Assembly (NCBI GenBank): GCA_050950285.1
Contig: JBMNHG010000011.1
Location: 1-64,000 of the forward strand
Reading direction: 5' to 3'
Source: Kiritimatiellia bacterium
GTDB taxonomy: Bacteria; Verrucomicrobiota; Kiritimatiellia; RFP12; JBMNHG01
DNA: 64,000 bases
Shown: in pieces, positions 53,901 to 61,621 of the stretch
Layout of the letters: each line of letters starts with the position of its first letter
How positions within the stretch are numbered: the stretch's first letter is position 1
Notes under the pieces: generated by a model
What the model was told of the DNA's origin: nothing
The model's input: only the letters and a program-made list of their open reading frames with translations
Databases searched by the model: none
Position numbers and translations under genes: made by a program

Positions 53901-54864
53901 CGGCGGAATAGTCGCTGTGCCAGTCGTACCACGGGCAGTGCACGAGCTCGCCGACGGGGTGCATCCACGAGCGCGCGCCGGGCGTCTTGACGGCCAGCAT
54001 CGCGTCCTTTGTCCTCGCGGCGACGTAGCCGTAGATGTCGGGATCGTTCCACGAGAAATGCGGTCGATGCTCGTGGACGCCGTGCCAGCCGCTTTCGATC
54101 CACGGCGCAGGCTTCTCCATGCGGGCGGCGAAGCGCCGCGCCGCCCATCCCCAACTGCCGTCAGGCATGTAAAGGCGGTAGCCGATCGGGACGCCGAAAT
54201 CCCCGGCGAGCTTCCGGCGCGACCAAACCCCCGGCGCGACGATGCCGTCGGAATTGTCGAAGCCTTGCAGTTCGAGCCAGTTGTCGAAGTGCAATGGCCC
54301 CATGTCGCGCAGAAAGGCGAAATCCTCGCGCGGATCGAGGCATTTCCTATCCGTTTTCGGATCGATGCCAACGTTCGTTTTCGCCTTCTCCATCCAGTTG
54401 TGGAAGTTCTCCAGCCCGCCCATGCCGTAGGTGCCCCAACGGAATGCCTTCATGTATTCCGGCACGGCGGCGGAAGCGACGAGCGAGCCGCCTGGCGGCA
54501 AGACCGCCTCCAGCGCCGCCCGGCTCTCGGCTGCATAGATCGCGGTGCGCGCGCCGTCGCGCTCGACGGCGAAGGCCGCGCCGCCGGACGTCGCGTGGAT
54601 GCCGCCCTCGAAGACCACGCCCGGGTCGGCGTAGAGATCCAACAGGAACTTGCCCGCAACCGTTTCGGCCTTCTCCGGCGTCTCGCAGGCGAAGTCGAGG
54701 ACGGTGACGGGGGAGGGGTGTTGCCCATCCCCGAATCCCTCCTTGTCTGGCGCGAGGATTCTCCGCTTCACCTCTGTCCGGCCGAAGCCGCGGAGGTCGG
54801 ACGTTTCGGCGGTGGCTGCCGTTGCGACAATAGCCATGGCGGCGATTCCAAAGGCTTTCCTCAT
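50953..54864 (-). CDS. Large secreted glycoside hydrolase-like protein with a beta-galactosidase trimerisation-like domain
   Basis: Signal peptide, DYS..A..SW..YL, I.AWVESGGVFV; homologous to 57681-61598. Confidence 0.6.
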   Translation of the reverse strand: MRKAFGIAAMAIVATAATAETSDLRGFGRTEVKRRILAPDKEGFGDGQHPSPVTVLDFACETPEKAETVAGKFLLDLYADPGVVFEGGIHATSGGAAFAVERDGARTAIYAAESRAALEAVLPPGGSLVASAAVPEYMKAFRWGTYGMGGLENFHNWMEKAKTNVGIDPKTDRKCLDPREDFAFLRDMGPLHFDNWLELQGFDNSDGIVAPGVWSRRKLAGDFGVPIGYRLYMPDGSWGWAARRFAARMEKPAPWIESGWHGVHEHRPHFSWNDPDIYGYVAARTKDAMLAVKTPGARSWMHPVGELVHCPWYDWHSDYSAVATNSWHDYLRGKGVTLEETAAMFNRPDRPFAFWDEVPVPEFAHFAGLPGLVLDLAGAWRTAAMDETEWVDLPDFPGNWDFLWLYLKKGEIADSRYRDGRQAWQRDIKRRFRRVFEWSGALADGDRVWLYFFPMNMGALRHAVSLNGGEPVEVGAWCALDVTEKLAEGSNVLDIVLQGTVWDGRVFLSTEKPAVYPNMSEARCRLWTLWHSWRRDTKAARCEQVFDAMRQADPDAPVEFMAPLHFGQRLTNRLMRDWGAFAHFTGEGVWFFPWYKRYGKLYGYQGTSEQAGPCDTVAKARTSALRVFLAGLDMHKPVFLTQTYSRTPEVRAWWLEHKDLFARMGTYDIDLKQPQVLIYRRTDLTGDAFPTPFPAIDETIRDVRSPWDYDIGRGELQSIGQSPLYLDDDGIEDGKMEGFKVLFDCGNEIIPEAAVARIQAWVESGGVFVAYPFTGQSTPLKADAWPMAALSGSKIKEPACRRGYVPKVVFPDNSTLFPSFAGQTIHGATRRMHENDFALEIVADGAEPVLTWEDGRIAATARRVGKGMVVHLGSMFWRGSEDVKGMWNPSDEVERVFLRDLLAAAGHPPALVETDDRLVLAQPYRSHNGLDLVAVLCNFNETNATNNAEAGNDPRMDVTIALRTGARPRRFVAYGGDGVTEPAFTFADGVATATIPLPMQEVKIVEAECYAPGDALDHWWAESQEQWHEIKKPSHDFSMYAEGEWRDPTQDLKDGWEVGPLAAAEEEEGDASHPPGGLRDVPLDAFQFWGWPAGRGATAVKRFDLSVPEWLEAGGEILLVCGAWVGPCFNTPATIRLNGETLATATAASYLDIDVTARLKATGNVLEVDFTDGDAFTGMNGSIHLYHRPRPTESIDLLSGGHVRSAEEGRDFIEFEVPRAWASGVRVRLYMEGAREVPKGVRVGNRFVRKHHHNFGNITDIDITGILRFGETNRIDLGANSPGEHSDRTSAQRLAVLRFDLYR

Positions 54865-54865
54865 T

Positions 54866-55241
54866 TCAGTTTTCCTTTCTTGAAAGCTCGTAGCGGTGCG
54901 GGACGGGCTTGGCGAGGGCGCGGACACCGGGCCAGGCGGCGTCGCATCCCGCGAGAAGCCGCTCCTGGTCGTCCCACTCGACGGCCGATGCCGCTACGTC
55001 GTCGGCAAAGCGGAGCGCCGCGCCGTGCGTGGAGTCGCCGCCGCGCCCGGCGTTGGTGAAGCGGATGTCGGCATCGGGGAAACGCATCGGATAGTAGTCC
55101 GCGAGGATGCGGTGGCAGCCTCCGCCCGCGGTGATCGAGTCGCCGAGAAAGGCGACGCGGTCACCGGCGCGGAACAATCCCGGCGCGGGCGGAGGCTGCC
55201 GCGCCTAGCGCCGCTGCGAAAACGGGCAGGAAGAACTTCAT
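54866..55241 (-). pseudogene. SGNH hydrolase with an internal deletion
   Basis: Signal peptide and RVAFLGDSIT..NAGRGGD are joined directly to a C-terminal ..PVPHRYEL; the GxND and DxxH blocks are missing. Confidence 0.65.
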
Positions 55242-55252
55242 GGCCCCGATCC

Positions 55253-57424
55253 CTATCGGATGATCACGATCGTCGGAGCGTGCGTCTTCATCCAGAGTTC
55301 CTTGCCGTCGTCGGAGAGGTGCACGGTGGCGCTCTGCGGCGCGATCGCCGCGTTCCAGGACGCAAGCAACGCGTCCGAAATGTCAAGTTTCTTGCCTGTC
55401 GAGACAAGCGGGACGTCGCCGCCGCCCGCCTTGTTGAAAGCCTTTGCGTCAATCTCGAGCTGCGTGTCGTCGTCAAACTGGACGCTGCTGTCCCCCCCGG
55501 TCATCTGGAGAGGCGCCTCGAGCCAGCCGGCGGCCGGAACCTCGAAGCGGAGGATCGCGCCGTTCTGGAACGTGGAATTGTACGGGCTGGGCGTGACGAG
55601 CTTTGGCGCCGCGCCGGCGAAGACAAAGCGTGTCCGGCCCGCGACCTCCGCCGCGGGGTTGTTCCAGACCGCGCGAAGTGGCCCCGCGAGGTTGAACGTG
55701 CCGTTCGAGACGACGACCGCGTTGTCGAAGCCGGTGATGGTCAAGAAGAACGGCCATGTCAGTGTCGCGCCGTCACCGACATGAATGACGTTCTCGTTGC
55801 CGTTCGTATGCGAGCCAAGGACGAGCGATCTCGTGGGATGGACACCCGTCAGCGTGGATCCCGCGCCCTCGATGCGCAGCTCGTTGCCGATGCCGCGCAC
55901 GATCGTCGTCCCGTCCGGGGCGTAGCCCCATTGGGATTCGCTATAGGCCTCCGTGAGATAGAGAGAACCATTGACTTCGACCTGCGCGCCGTCCAGGACC
56001 TCGAAACGGTTGGAGCAGGACCCCCCCTGTCCGATGTTGATGGCATAGGAGCCGCCGCCGAACTTCGCGGTCGTCCCCGCGCCGGAAACGGACAGGACAT
56101 TGCCGAAATAGGGAGCGATGGTGCCCACGATCGTCGTTCCGTTCGTCGCGTAGAAAGTCGAGCCGCCGAGGATCTCGACCCGGTTGGAGTAGCACTGCCC
56201 GCCGTGCTGCGCCACACGCTGCTTGAAGTCCGTATGCTGGTTGCCGACAAGGACTGCCCACGCATCGACCGTCGAACCATGATCCACCGTGACGGTGTTC
56301 CATGCGGACACGTAGGATACAATCCTCGCCGCGTCAGAGAGGGCGCCCTTCACCTCGCCGCCGCACGAAAGCCCCTTCAGCTTTGCAAACGCCCCGTGAT
56401 CGACCCGAAGGCGGTTGAAGGAGCCGCGCCGACCCACCGCCGTCGGAACATCGGTGTCGCTGCTGTCGTTCCGGATTGACGACCCCGTGCCTGTCACGAC
56501 CAGTTCATTCCCGTTGGAGTGGTAGTCCACGTTTTGGAAGATCCCGCCGTAGCCGATCGCCGTTTGCCGTGGCAAGACGAGCGAAGCGCCATTCTCGACG
56601 ATCAGCCGGTTGCCACCGTAGTTGCCGCCGTAGCCGAAGCGAAAGTTGCCGTTTGTCGTGGCCGCAGGGACTGGCTCGACGACGGTTCCCGCACCGGAGA
56701 TCGTCAGGACGTCGCCGCACCCGCCTTCGGATACGTTCCACAGATTTCCGCCGAGGCTAAAGCCGCATGACGACGCGTCCGTCGCCGCATGGTAACGCAG
56801 CCGCGAACCGCCCGAAATCTCGTTCGTCGAATTGAAGCCGCCGAACATGAAGTGGACTCCCTCGGCCTCCGCACCGTCGAGCAGACGAAACCGCACACCA
56901 AGCTTGTCTGGCGCCATAATGCGGTTGACGTAGGAGCCGACAAAGCGCGTCCCGGAACCCGTGACAGTCAGCGTCATGCCGGGGTGATTGCCGTTATCGG
57001 CGACAACGTTATTCGTCGTCGTGCCGCTGACAAACTGCACCGTCCCGCCGCCCGTGAAGGTCGCCGACGTTCCCAGGTTGCGCCAGTACTGTGATCCCGC
57101 CCAATTCGCCGTCAGGACATGGCCGTCCAGGTCGAAGGTGACGTTGTTGTTCAGGTAGTTGGACTTGATCGGGCCAGGCGGAACGTCCGTGCTGTTGCCA
57201 TCGGTGAGCGGCTGTTTGACCGTGGCGTCGGCGGAGAGCGAAACGGTGCAGTCGTTGGTGAACACCATCGTGGAGGTCGTGATGTCGCCGTCCCAGTTGG
57301 CGGCGTCGTTGATGTCTCCGGACGCGCCGCCGGTCCAGACGGCGGCGGAAGCGGACAAGGCCATCGCGAAGGCGAGTGCGACGGCAAACGGAAAGACGCA
57401 GGAACGATGAACAAGTAGATTCAT
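55253..57424 (-). CDS. Secreted beta-helix (autotransporter passenger-like) protein with no beta-barrel
   Basis: Signal peptide, WTGG...AANW, repeated N.L.V.G.GS / IG.GG..N turns; ends APTIVIIR*. Confidence 0.75.
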   Translation of the reverse strand: MNLLVHRSCVFPFAVALAFAMALSASAAVWTGGASGDINDAANWDGDITTSTMVFTNDCTVSLSADATVKQPLTDGNSTDVPPGPIKSNYLNNNVTFDLDGHVLTANWAGSQYWRNLGTSATFTGGGTVQFVSGTTTNNVVADNGNHPGMTLTVTGSGTRFVGSYVNRIMAPDKLGVRFRLLDGAEAEGVHFMFGGFNSTNEISGGSRLRYHAATDASSCGFSLGGNLWNVSEGGCGDVLTISGAGTVVEPVPAATTNGNFRFGYGGNYGGNRLIVENGASLVLPRQTAIGYGGIFQNVDYHSNGNELVVTGTGSSIRNDSSDTDVPTAVGRRGSFNRLRVDHGAFAKLKGLSCGGEVKGALSDAARIVSYVSAWNTVTVDHGSTVDAWAVLVGNQHTDFKQRVAQHGGQCYSNRVEILGGSTFYATNGTTIVGTIAPYFGNVLSVSGAGTTAKFGGGSYAINIGQGGSCSNRFEVLDGAQVEVNGSLYLTEAYSESQWGYAPDGTTIVRGIGNELRIEGAGSTLTGVHPTRSLVLGSHTNGNENVIHVGDGATLTWPFFLTITGFDNAVVVSNGTFNLAGPLRAVWNNPAAEVAGRTRFVFAGAAPKLVTPSPYNSTFQNGAILRFEVPAAGWLEAPLQMTGGDSSVQFDDDTQLEIDAKAFNKAGGGDVPLVSTGKKLDISDALLASWNAAIAPQSATVHLSDDGKELWMKTHAPTIVIIR

Positions 57425-57534
57425 GGCGATTTCGTTGGGTTGGGGGTTGGTTGTGAATCGGGAAAGAGCCTCTTCCATTGTATGCCTATTTTTATCAAAC
57501 CAACGAATTTGTCAAGTCGGCGAGAATTTTATAG

Positions 57535-57677
57535 TACTAACCCGGCCACAAATAGCGCTGCGCACGGGGATTCAGGCATGGGGAGCTGGAATTTGGAGTT
57601 GGGAAAGGGGCACGGACATTCCCGTCCGTGTCAAGGGTTGGAAAATCCGTGCAGTATGAATTGTGGCCGAGTTCGTA
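57535..57677. mobile_element. Second, intergenic copy of the MITE
   Basis: TACTAACCCGGCCACAA ... TTGTGGCCGAGTTCGTA; the body is closely similar to 23512-23660. Confidence 0.85.
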
Positions 57678-57680
57678 TTG

Positions 57681-60600
57681 TCATTCGACGCAGCCGAGCG
57701 CCACCGAGTCGATGGTCATCGTGGCTTCCGGCGGCCAGCCCCAGGCTTTGCCCTTCCAGTCGACGGGCACCGTCCAGCGGTGCCACAGTTCGAGGGTCTG
57801 CTCCTGGCCGGGCTTGACGAGCTCGGTCACGTTGATCAGCTCGCGGTTCCCGAAGGGCTTGAGCCCGCCGAGGTTGTAGCCCACGCCGTCGATGACGACC
57901 GACGACACCGTGTTTTCAGGATGGACGATGCGGAAGTAGACGTCCTTCCCGTCCCAGGACGCGGGGATCGTGAATTTGCGGCGCAAGAACCGGCACGCAT
58001 TGCGGCCGGGGATTTTCCCGGGCTGCTCCGTGACAAAGTCCTTCATCACGCACGTCCAGTCGCCGTCCAGCGAAATCGTTTCGGCGAACGGCTTCTCTTC
58101 GTGCATCCAGACGACGTCGCAAATGCCCGCCGTGAAGAGCTTGCCGCCTTCGACGCGGATTTCGAGCGTGTTTTCGCCGCCGTAGTTCAGCAGCGCGCTG
58201 ACGTCCGTCGCCTGTTCGCCGTTCAGCTCGCGGTGGACGCGCGCCTGGTCGAAATCGCGGAACGGCGTGCCGTTCATGAGGAGCGTCGCCTGGTCGTAGA
58301 TCGTCTTCGTGGTGTAGCGGACGACGAACGTCGCGCCCTTCTTCTCCGCCGGGATCGTGAACCGGGCGCGATAGACGGCGGGGCCGCGGTAGTCCTTGAG
58401 ATCCGGAAATTGCAGCTTCCACGTCTGGTTCTTCGCCGGGCGCCAGTCGCCCTTGGAGGGGTCGGTCGTGAACTCCCATTCGTCGAACGTGAGGATGTCG
58501 CTCCCGGGCGCCTTCACCTGCGGGAACGCGTGGTCGGGGCCTTTCTTCCAGTAGGTGACCTTCTCGTCCCACCACGTCTGGAGGGCGTCCGTCACGGGGA
58601 TGGGTTTCGCCGCCGCGAAGATGCGCGTCTTCCAAGGCCCCAGCTCGATCTCGGGCAGCCGCACGAAGCCGTCCGAGTAGATCCATCCGGCGACGTCCGC
58701 GCCGGTGAAGGCGTCGTACACGCGCACGGGCTTTTCGGCGGTCTTGAACGCGAGCGCGCTCGTCACCGCGTACGGCGCGTTGGAAGCCGTGTCGTACGCC
58801 ACGTTGAAGGCGATGAGCCAGTCTTCGAGGCCGTCCTTGGACGTCGCCTTGCGCGTCCAGACGTTGTACGAGGAGGCGTCCGCGTTTCGTTCCGCGCCGA
58901 GCTGCGCGAAGAGCTGGTCGGTGAGGTCGTTGTACCGCGACGGCACCCACTTGCCCTGGATGTCGCTCGCTTCGCGCCAGAAGCCGCTCGCGAGGGTGAC
59001 GACGCGACCCTTGCCGACCTTCCGCACGCCGGCGGCGATCGTGCCGTCCGCCCACGTGGCCAGGACGTCGGCGTCGGACGCCGTTTTTTCGAGCGCGCGG
59101 TTCCAGCGCCAGTTCGCGGCCGTGTGCTTGCCGTAGCCGTTGGCGTTGAACGTCCTGCCGGCCCAGAGGGGGAACGTCGCGTTGCCGGCCGCGAACGAAA
59201 GCGTCTTCACGCCCGGCTTGAGATCCGTCGTGCGGAAGCCGGACAGCGCCGCCAGCGGATGCGCGTCGCGCTCCGTTTCCGTGTGGCGGCCCGTTTCCGT
59301 GAAGGCGACGAACGTGCCGCCCGCCTCCACGTACCGGCGGAGGTCGTCCACGATGCCGTCGTTCATCACGTCCGCGCCGCAGTCCAGCAGGAGCGGATAT
59401 TGCTCCGGCGTCACGAGTCCGCGCCGGAGCGCCTTCTCGTGGGTCATGGTGGCGTCGTAATGGACGGACTGCATCTCGCCGCGGGCGAGGTTCCACTGGT
59501 AGACCCCTTCGGTGCCGCACAGGCTCGAGAGCGTGGAGGCGAAAAGCGCCACGCGCGGCTCGTCCACCAGGTACTTGCCGACGAGGCGCGTGATCGGCAT
59601 GCGCGCGGTCATGCCGCCGGTCTTCGCCTCGAAGTCCATGTACTGCTCGATGTCCATGAAAACGGCGGTCGACGACGCGCCCGTGTAGAAGATCGTCCCG
59701 AAGTTGCGGTCGAAGCGATCGTCGGCGGCCACGTCGCGCGAGGGTTCGCCGATGAAGTAGAAGCCGTACTGGCGCCCCATGTCGGGCAAAAAGGGGAAGT
59801 AGAAGCCGTCCGTGGCGGTGGACTGCATCGCGAAGCCGTTTTCCGCGAACGTCGGCGCCATTTCGGACAGGATCGGCATGTCGGCGCCGGAGATGGCGAT
59901 CGGGCGGTCGGGATCGAGCGCGCGCCCGGCGAGGAACACCTTCAGGTTGCGTTCGATGATCTTGCCGTCCTGGAAGTTGATGTTGTCGAGGTGCCGCGCG
60001 TTCGCGCGGGGATCCGCGTAAGGGAAGTTCTGCGCCGGGTTCGGGGAAAGCGAGACGGGGCCCGTGATGCGGCCGCAACAGCGGCCGCCGGGCATTTCGA
60101 TCACCAGCTCGTCCGTGCCGTCGTTGCGCAGCGCGCCGGGCTCGATCGCCGCGCCCATGAGCGTGCAGACGCCGCCGGCGTCGGAAACGGAATGCCGCCC
60201 GTTCGCCCACAGGTGGAAGCGCCCGCCGTCCATCAGGAACCCGACGAGCCGCACGTAAAGCGTCTTCGACCGGTTCGCCGCGAGCCAGTCGCTCGCCGGG
60301 AGCGTCGCCTTGTACCAGCAGCGCCCCGATTCGAGGTAGTTGCAGCGCTGCGAAGGCGGCATCGGGGCGTCCACCCAGACCGCGTCCGCCGACGGCGGCA
60401 CGCCGGTCTCCACCGTCTTGTCCTCGACCCAGCCCTTCGCACCCTGCCACGTGCGCGCCTCGGGGGCCTTGGCCCATTGCCAGTCCAGGCCGAAGATGTC
60501 GAGCCGATCCGGATCCCAGTCGCCGCCCTTGAGGTCGATGAGCTGCATCGGCGGCACGTCGCGCCACCGGCGGTACGCCTTCCGGTCGCCCGTCCAGCGT

Positions 60601-61598
60601 TCGGAGAGTTCCGCCAGCGTGTACCGGGACATGAGCCAGTGCCGCTGGGCTTCGAGGCCTTCCTCGGAGGCGTCCCACAAAATGCCGAACATCCCCTTCC
60701 CCAACTGGTCGCCGATCGGCTTGCCGCAGTAGAACTGCCAGCCGCCGAGGCCGGGGTTCCCGACGTAGCGCTCGATCGTCTGCTTCTGGAACGCGAGCAT
60801 CGGGGACGTCGCTTCGGGGAAGCCGGGACCGTCGTTGTCGAACGGCATGCCCTCCACGCCCTGGATCCATTCGGTGACGAGCGTGTGCGTCTGGACCTTC
60901 GCGCACTTCTCCGGGTTCGCGTCGCGCATCCACGGCGGCATCTGCCCCGCGAACGTCGGGCAAAGCGTCAGCATGGAGCCGGCCCTGGCGGCTTCGTCGA
61001 CGCCGAAGTCCCACGGCAGGTACGAATAGACGCCGGGGCCCTTGGTGCCGGCCACGTCGATGCCGTGCGAGACGAGCCCGCCGATGCCGACCTTCTCCGC
61101 GAACGTCCAGTGGTTCTCCACGCCGTAGCCCAGGAAGGAATCCATCGGGCGCTTGTAGAACTTCAGCGCCCGGAGGTCGTAGTAGTCGAGGTAGGGCGGA
61201 TACGTCTTCGGCTCGGGGAAGCGAAGCCCGCCGTCCTTCGCGAGGGCTCGCTTGAGCGTCCCGGCGTCGGGGGCGTCGAGCACCTTCACGAGGCGTTCGT
61301 CCGCAATCGCGACGGTGGCGGCGCGGCCGCTCGCAAACGTGAACACGCGCGCCGCGCCGCGCGCCGTCTCGACGGTCTCCACCGTCGGACGGAGCGCGCT
61401 GATGCCCGCAAGATCCCGGAGGAGCTTGGCATACACCGTTTCCGCCACGGCGGCGTTTTCGCACGTGAATTCGACCGCGCCTTTTTCAAACGCCGCCGCC
61501 ACGGCGCCGCCGTACCCGCGCAGCTTCACACCGTCCGCAAAGCCGACCGCGCAAACCGCCACCGCCGAAACGGCGACGCCCAGACACTTTCTCGTCAT
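57681..61598 (-). CDS. Large secreted glycoside hydrolase-like protein, paralog of 50953-54864
   Basis: Signal peptide, LRGYG start, LRRYVEAGGTFV, C-terminal jelly-roll-like segments. Confidence 0.6.
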   Translation of the reverse strand: MTRKCLGVAVSAVAVCAVGFADGVKLRGYGGAVAAAFEKGAVEFTCENAAVAETVYAKLLRDLAGISALRPTVETVETARGAARVFTFASGRAATVAIADERLVKVLDAPDAGTLKRALAKDGGLRFPEPKTYPPYLDYYDLRALKFYKRPMDSFLGYGVENHWTFAEKVGIGGLVSHGIDVAGTKGPGVYSYLPWDFGVDEAARAGSMLTLCPTFAGQMPPWMRDANPEKCAKVQTHTLVTEWIQGVEGMPFDNDGPGFPEATSPMLAFQKQTIERYVGNPGLGGWQFYCGKPIGDQLGKGMFGILWDASEEGLEAQRHWLMSRYTLAELSERWTGDRKAYRRWRDVPPMQLIDLKGGDWDPDRLDIFGLDWQWAKAPEARTWQGAKGWVEDKTVETGVPPSADAVWVDAPMPPSQRCNYLESGRCWYKATLPASDWLAANRSKTLYVRLVGFLMDGGRFHLWANGRHSVSDAGGVCTLMGAAIEPGALRNDGTDELVIEMPGGRCCGRITGPVSLSPNPAQNFPYADPRANARHLDNINFQDGKIIERNLKVFLAGRALDPDRPIAISGADMPILSEMAPTFAENGFAMQSTATDGFYFPFLPDMGRQYGFYFIGEPSRDVAADDRFDRNFGTIFYTGASSTAVFMDIEQYMDFEAKTGGMTARMPITRLVGKYLVDEPRVALFASTLSSLCGTEGVYQWNLARGEMQSVHYDATMTHEKALRRGLVTPEQYPLLLDCGADVMNDGIVDDLRRYVEAGGTFVAFTETGRHTETERDAHPLAALSGFRTTDLKPGVKTLSFAAGNATFPLWAGRTFNANGYGKHTAANWRWNRALEKTASDADVLATWADGTIAAGVRKVGKGRVVTLASGFWREASDIQGKWVPSRYNDLTDQLFAQLGAERNADASSYNVWTRKATSKDGLEDWLIAFNVAYDTASNAPYAVTSALAFKTAEKPVRVYDAFTGADVAGWIYSDGFVRLPEIELGPWKTRIFAAAKPIPVTDALQTWWDEKVTYWKKGPDHAFPQVKAPGSDILTFDEWEFTTDPSKGDWRPAKNQTWKLQFPDLKDYRGPAVYRARFTIPAEKKGATFVVRYTTKTIYDQATLLMNGTPFRDFDQARVHRELNGEQATDVSALLNYGGENTLEIRVEGGKLFTAGICDVVWMHEEKPFAETISLDGDWTCVMKDFVTEQPGKIPGRNACRFLRRKFTIPASWDGKDVYFRIVHPENTVSSVVIDGVGYNLGGLKPFGNRELINVTELVKPGQEQTLELWHRWTVPVDWKGKAWGWPPEATMTIDSVALGCVE

Positions 61599-61621
61599 CG
61601 CCTGTGATCCCGTTGTCGACG

